The notes under the pieces: model-generated
Databases searched by the model: none
Told to the model about the DNA's origin: nothing
Seen by the model: the letters and a program-made list of their open reading frames with translations, nothing else
Source: Lentisphaeria bacterium
Lineage (GTDB): Bacteria > Verrucomicrobiota > Lentisphaeria > Victivallales > UBA1829
DNA: 64,000 bases
Assembly: GCA_017615635.1 (NCBI GenBank)
Contig: JAFZZR010000044.1
Location: 36,176 to 100,175, forward strand
Reading direction: 5' to 3'
Position numbers and translations under genes: made by a program
Shown: positions 63,114 to 64,000 of the stretch, piece after piece
How the letters are laid out: each line of letters begins with the position of its first letter
How positions within the stretch are numbered: the first letter of the stretch is position 1

Positions 63114-64000
63114 ATGTCGATGCCGCAGCGAGAAAAAAACGGCGGAAAAGGCGCCACCTATCTTCGTCTGCTCCGCTATGTAAAGCCCTACTGGCTGCGG
63201 CTGACCGCCGGCGTTCTCTGCGGATTCGTCGTGGGCGGTTCCCTCTTCGGAAGCCTGATGATGGTCCCCAATATGCTGATGATCGTGGATCAGGATTCCT
63301 CCCATCGGAAGATACAGGCGGACCGGACAACGGAGCAGATCCTTTCGGCGTTGGAAGGGAAGAAGGGTTTGGATGAGACGGAAAAGGCAAAGATCATCCA
63401 CGGCATACTGTGTCCGGATATAGAAGACTCCGATCCGAAACTGACCCAGGCCATGAACAAACTGCGGACCTATTCCGTCCGGTACCATCTGCCCGTTCAG
63501 GTCGACAAGCGCGAGATCCACCTCACATGTCTGGGCGGCTGCTCGTTCCCCATTGTGAACGACGACGGCAAAATGACCTGGCAGTTCTTCAGCATCTACG
63601 TGTTTCTCTTCATTCTGGTCTGGACTCTCAAGAACCTGGCCACCTATCTGAACCACTACTTCACACGCTGGGTCGGCGCCCGGGTCATTGCCGACATGCG
63701 GACAAAAATCTACGAAAAACTGATCATGCAGTCCATGAGCTTCTTCGGAGAACAGGACATCGGCCAGCTGATCAGCCGGTGCACGAACGATACGAAAGCC
63801 ATCGAAGACTCCGTATCCAACACCATTGCGGACGCCACGCGCTGTCCCCTGGAAATCCTGGCCTGCGCGGCGGCCATCATCTGCACCAGTATCCAGCAGA
63901 ACAATTTGAACACCACGCTTCTCCTCTTTGTCGGCATGCCGACGTGCATTCTGCCGGTCATCCTCATCGCCAAAAAGATCCGCGCCACATACAAAAAAGC
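63114..64000 (+). CDS. ABC transporter permease/ATPase, MsbA-like exporter; N-terminal part, continues beyond the window
   Basis: Not in the ORF track because there is no stop in the window. I translated from ATG 63114 by hand and the frame stays open to 64000. It contains LRLLRYVKPYW, TM1, a long loop, then TM2 and FFGEQDIGQLISRCTNDTKAIEDSVSN, typical of type I ABC exporter TMDs. Confidence 0.8.
   Translation, partial: MSMPQREKNGGKGATYLRLLRYVKPYWLRLTAGVLCGFVVGGSLFGSLMMVPNMLMIVDQDSSHRKIQADRTTEQILSALEGKKGLDETEKAKIIHGILCPDIEDSDPKLTQAMNKLRTYSVRYHLPVQVDKREIHLTCLGGCSFPIVNDDGKMTWQFFSIYVFLFILVWTLKNLATYLNHYFTRWVGARVIADMRTKIYEKLIMQSMSFFGEQDIGQLISRCTNDTKAIEDSVSNTIADATRCPLEILACAAAIICTSIQQNNLNTTLLLFVGMPTCILPVILIAKKIRATYKK

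Overview
High-GC (about 60-70 % by spot counts) bacterial chromosomal window, densely coding on both strands. RNase HIII, type III glutamine synthetase and a prepilin-type H-X9-DG-like protein point to the PVC superphylum (Lentisphaerota, Kiritimatiellota or Verrucomicrobiota). That placement is inference only.

Core content:
- Housekeeping genes: nadA fragment, tgt, kdsD, dnaG, hldD, aroE and ligA.
- An acid-resistance-type decarboxylase/antiporter pair.
- A large nitrogen and glutamine block: glnN-purF-carA-pyrG-carB diverging from gltBD, then a sigma54 activator, then glnB-amtB. I can read three matching sigma54 promoters (TGGCAC-N5-RTGCT) directly from the sequence. The sigma54 activator carries a single in-frame TAG.

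Accessory content:
- Two compact PFL2-type glycyl-radical enzymes (GREs) with Cys-x-Glu active-site loops and G-W glycyl loops. One sits in an operon with an activase and an unclassifiable 380-aa protein. The other is an orphan beside an AraC regulator and an SGNH esterase.
- A mosaic region at about 49.5-58.7 kb. It contains a sharply AT-rich three-gene insert (Sel1-like lipoprotein, membrane protein, PD-(D/E)xK nuclease), a translationally coupled ECF sigma / Ser-Thr kinase pair, and an overlapping DUF3791-DUF3990-DUF3791-like triad. It also holds a perfect-register 41-bp tandem duplication and a helically phased TACTG repeat array.

I saw no rRNA, tRNA, CRISPR array, transposase or integrase. 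CDS coordinates include the stop codon, following the ORF-track convention. Several starts were moved to internal ATGs that have a Shine-Dalgarno sequence.
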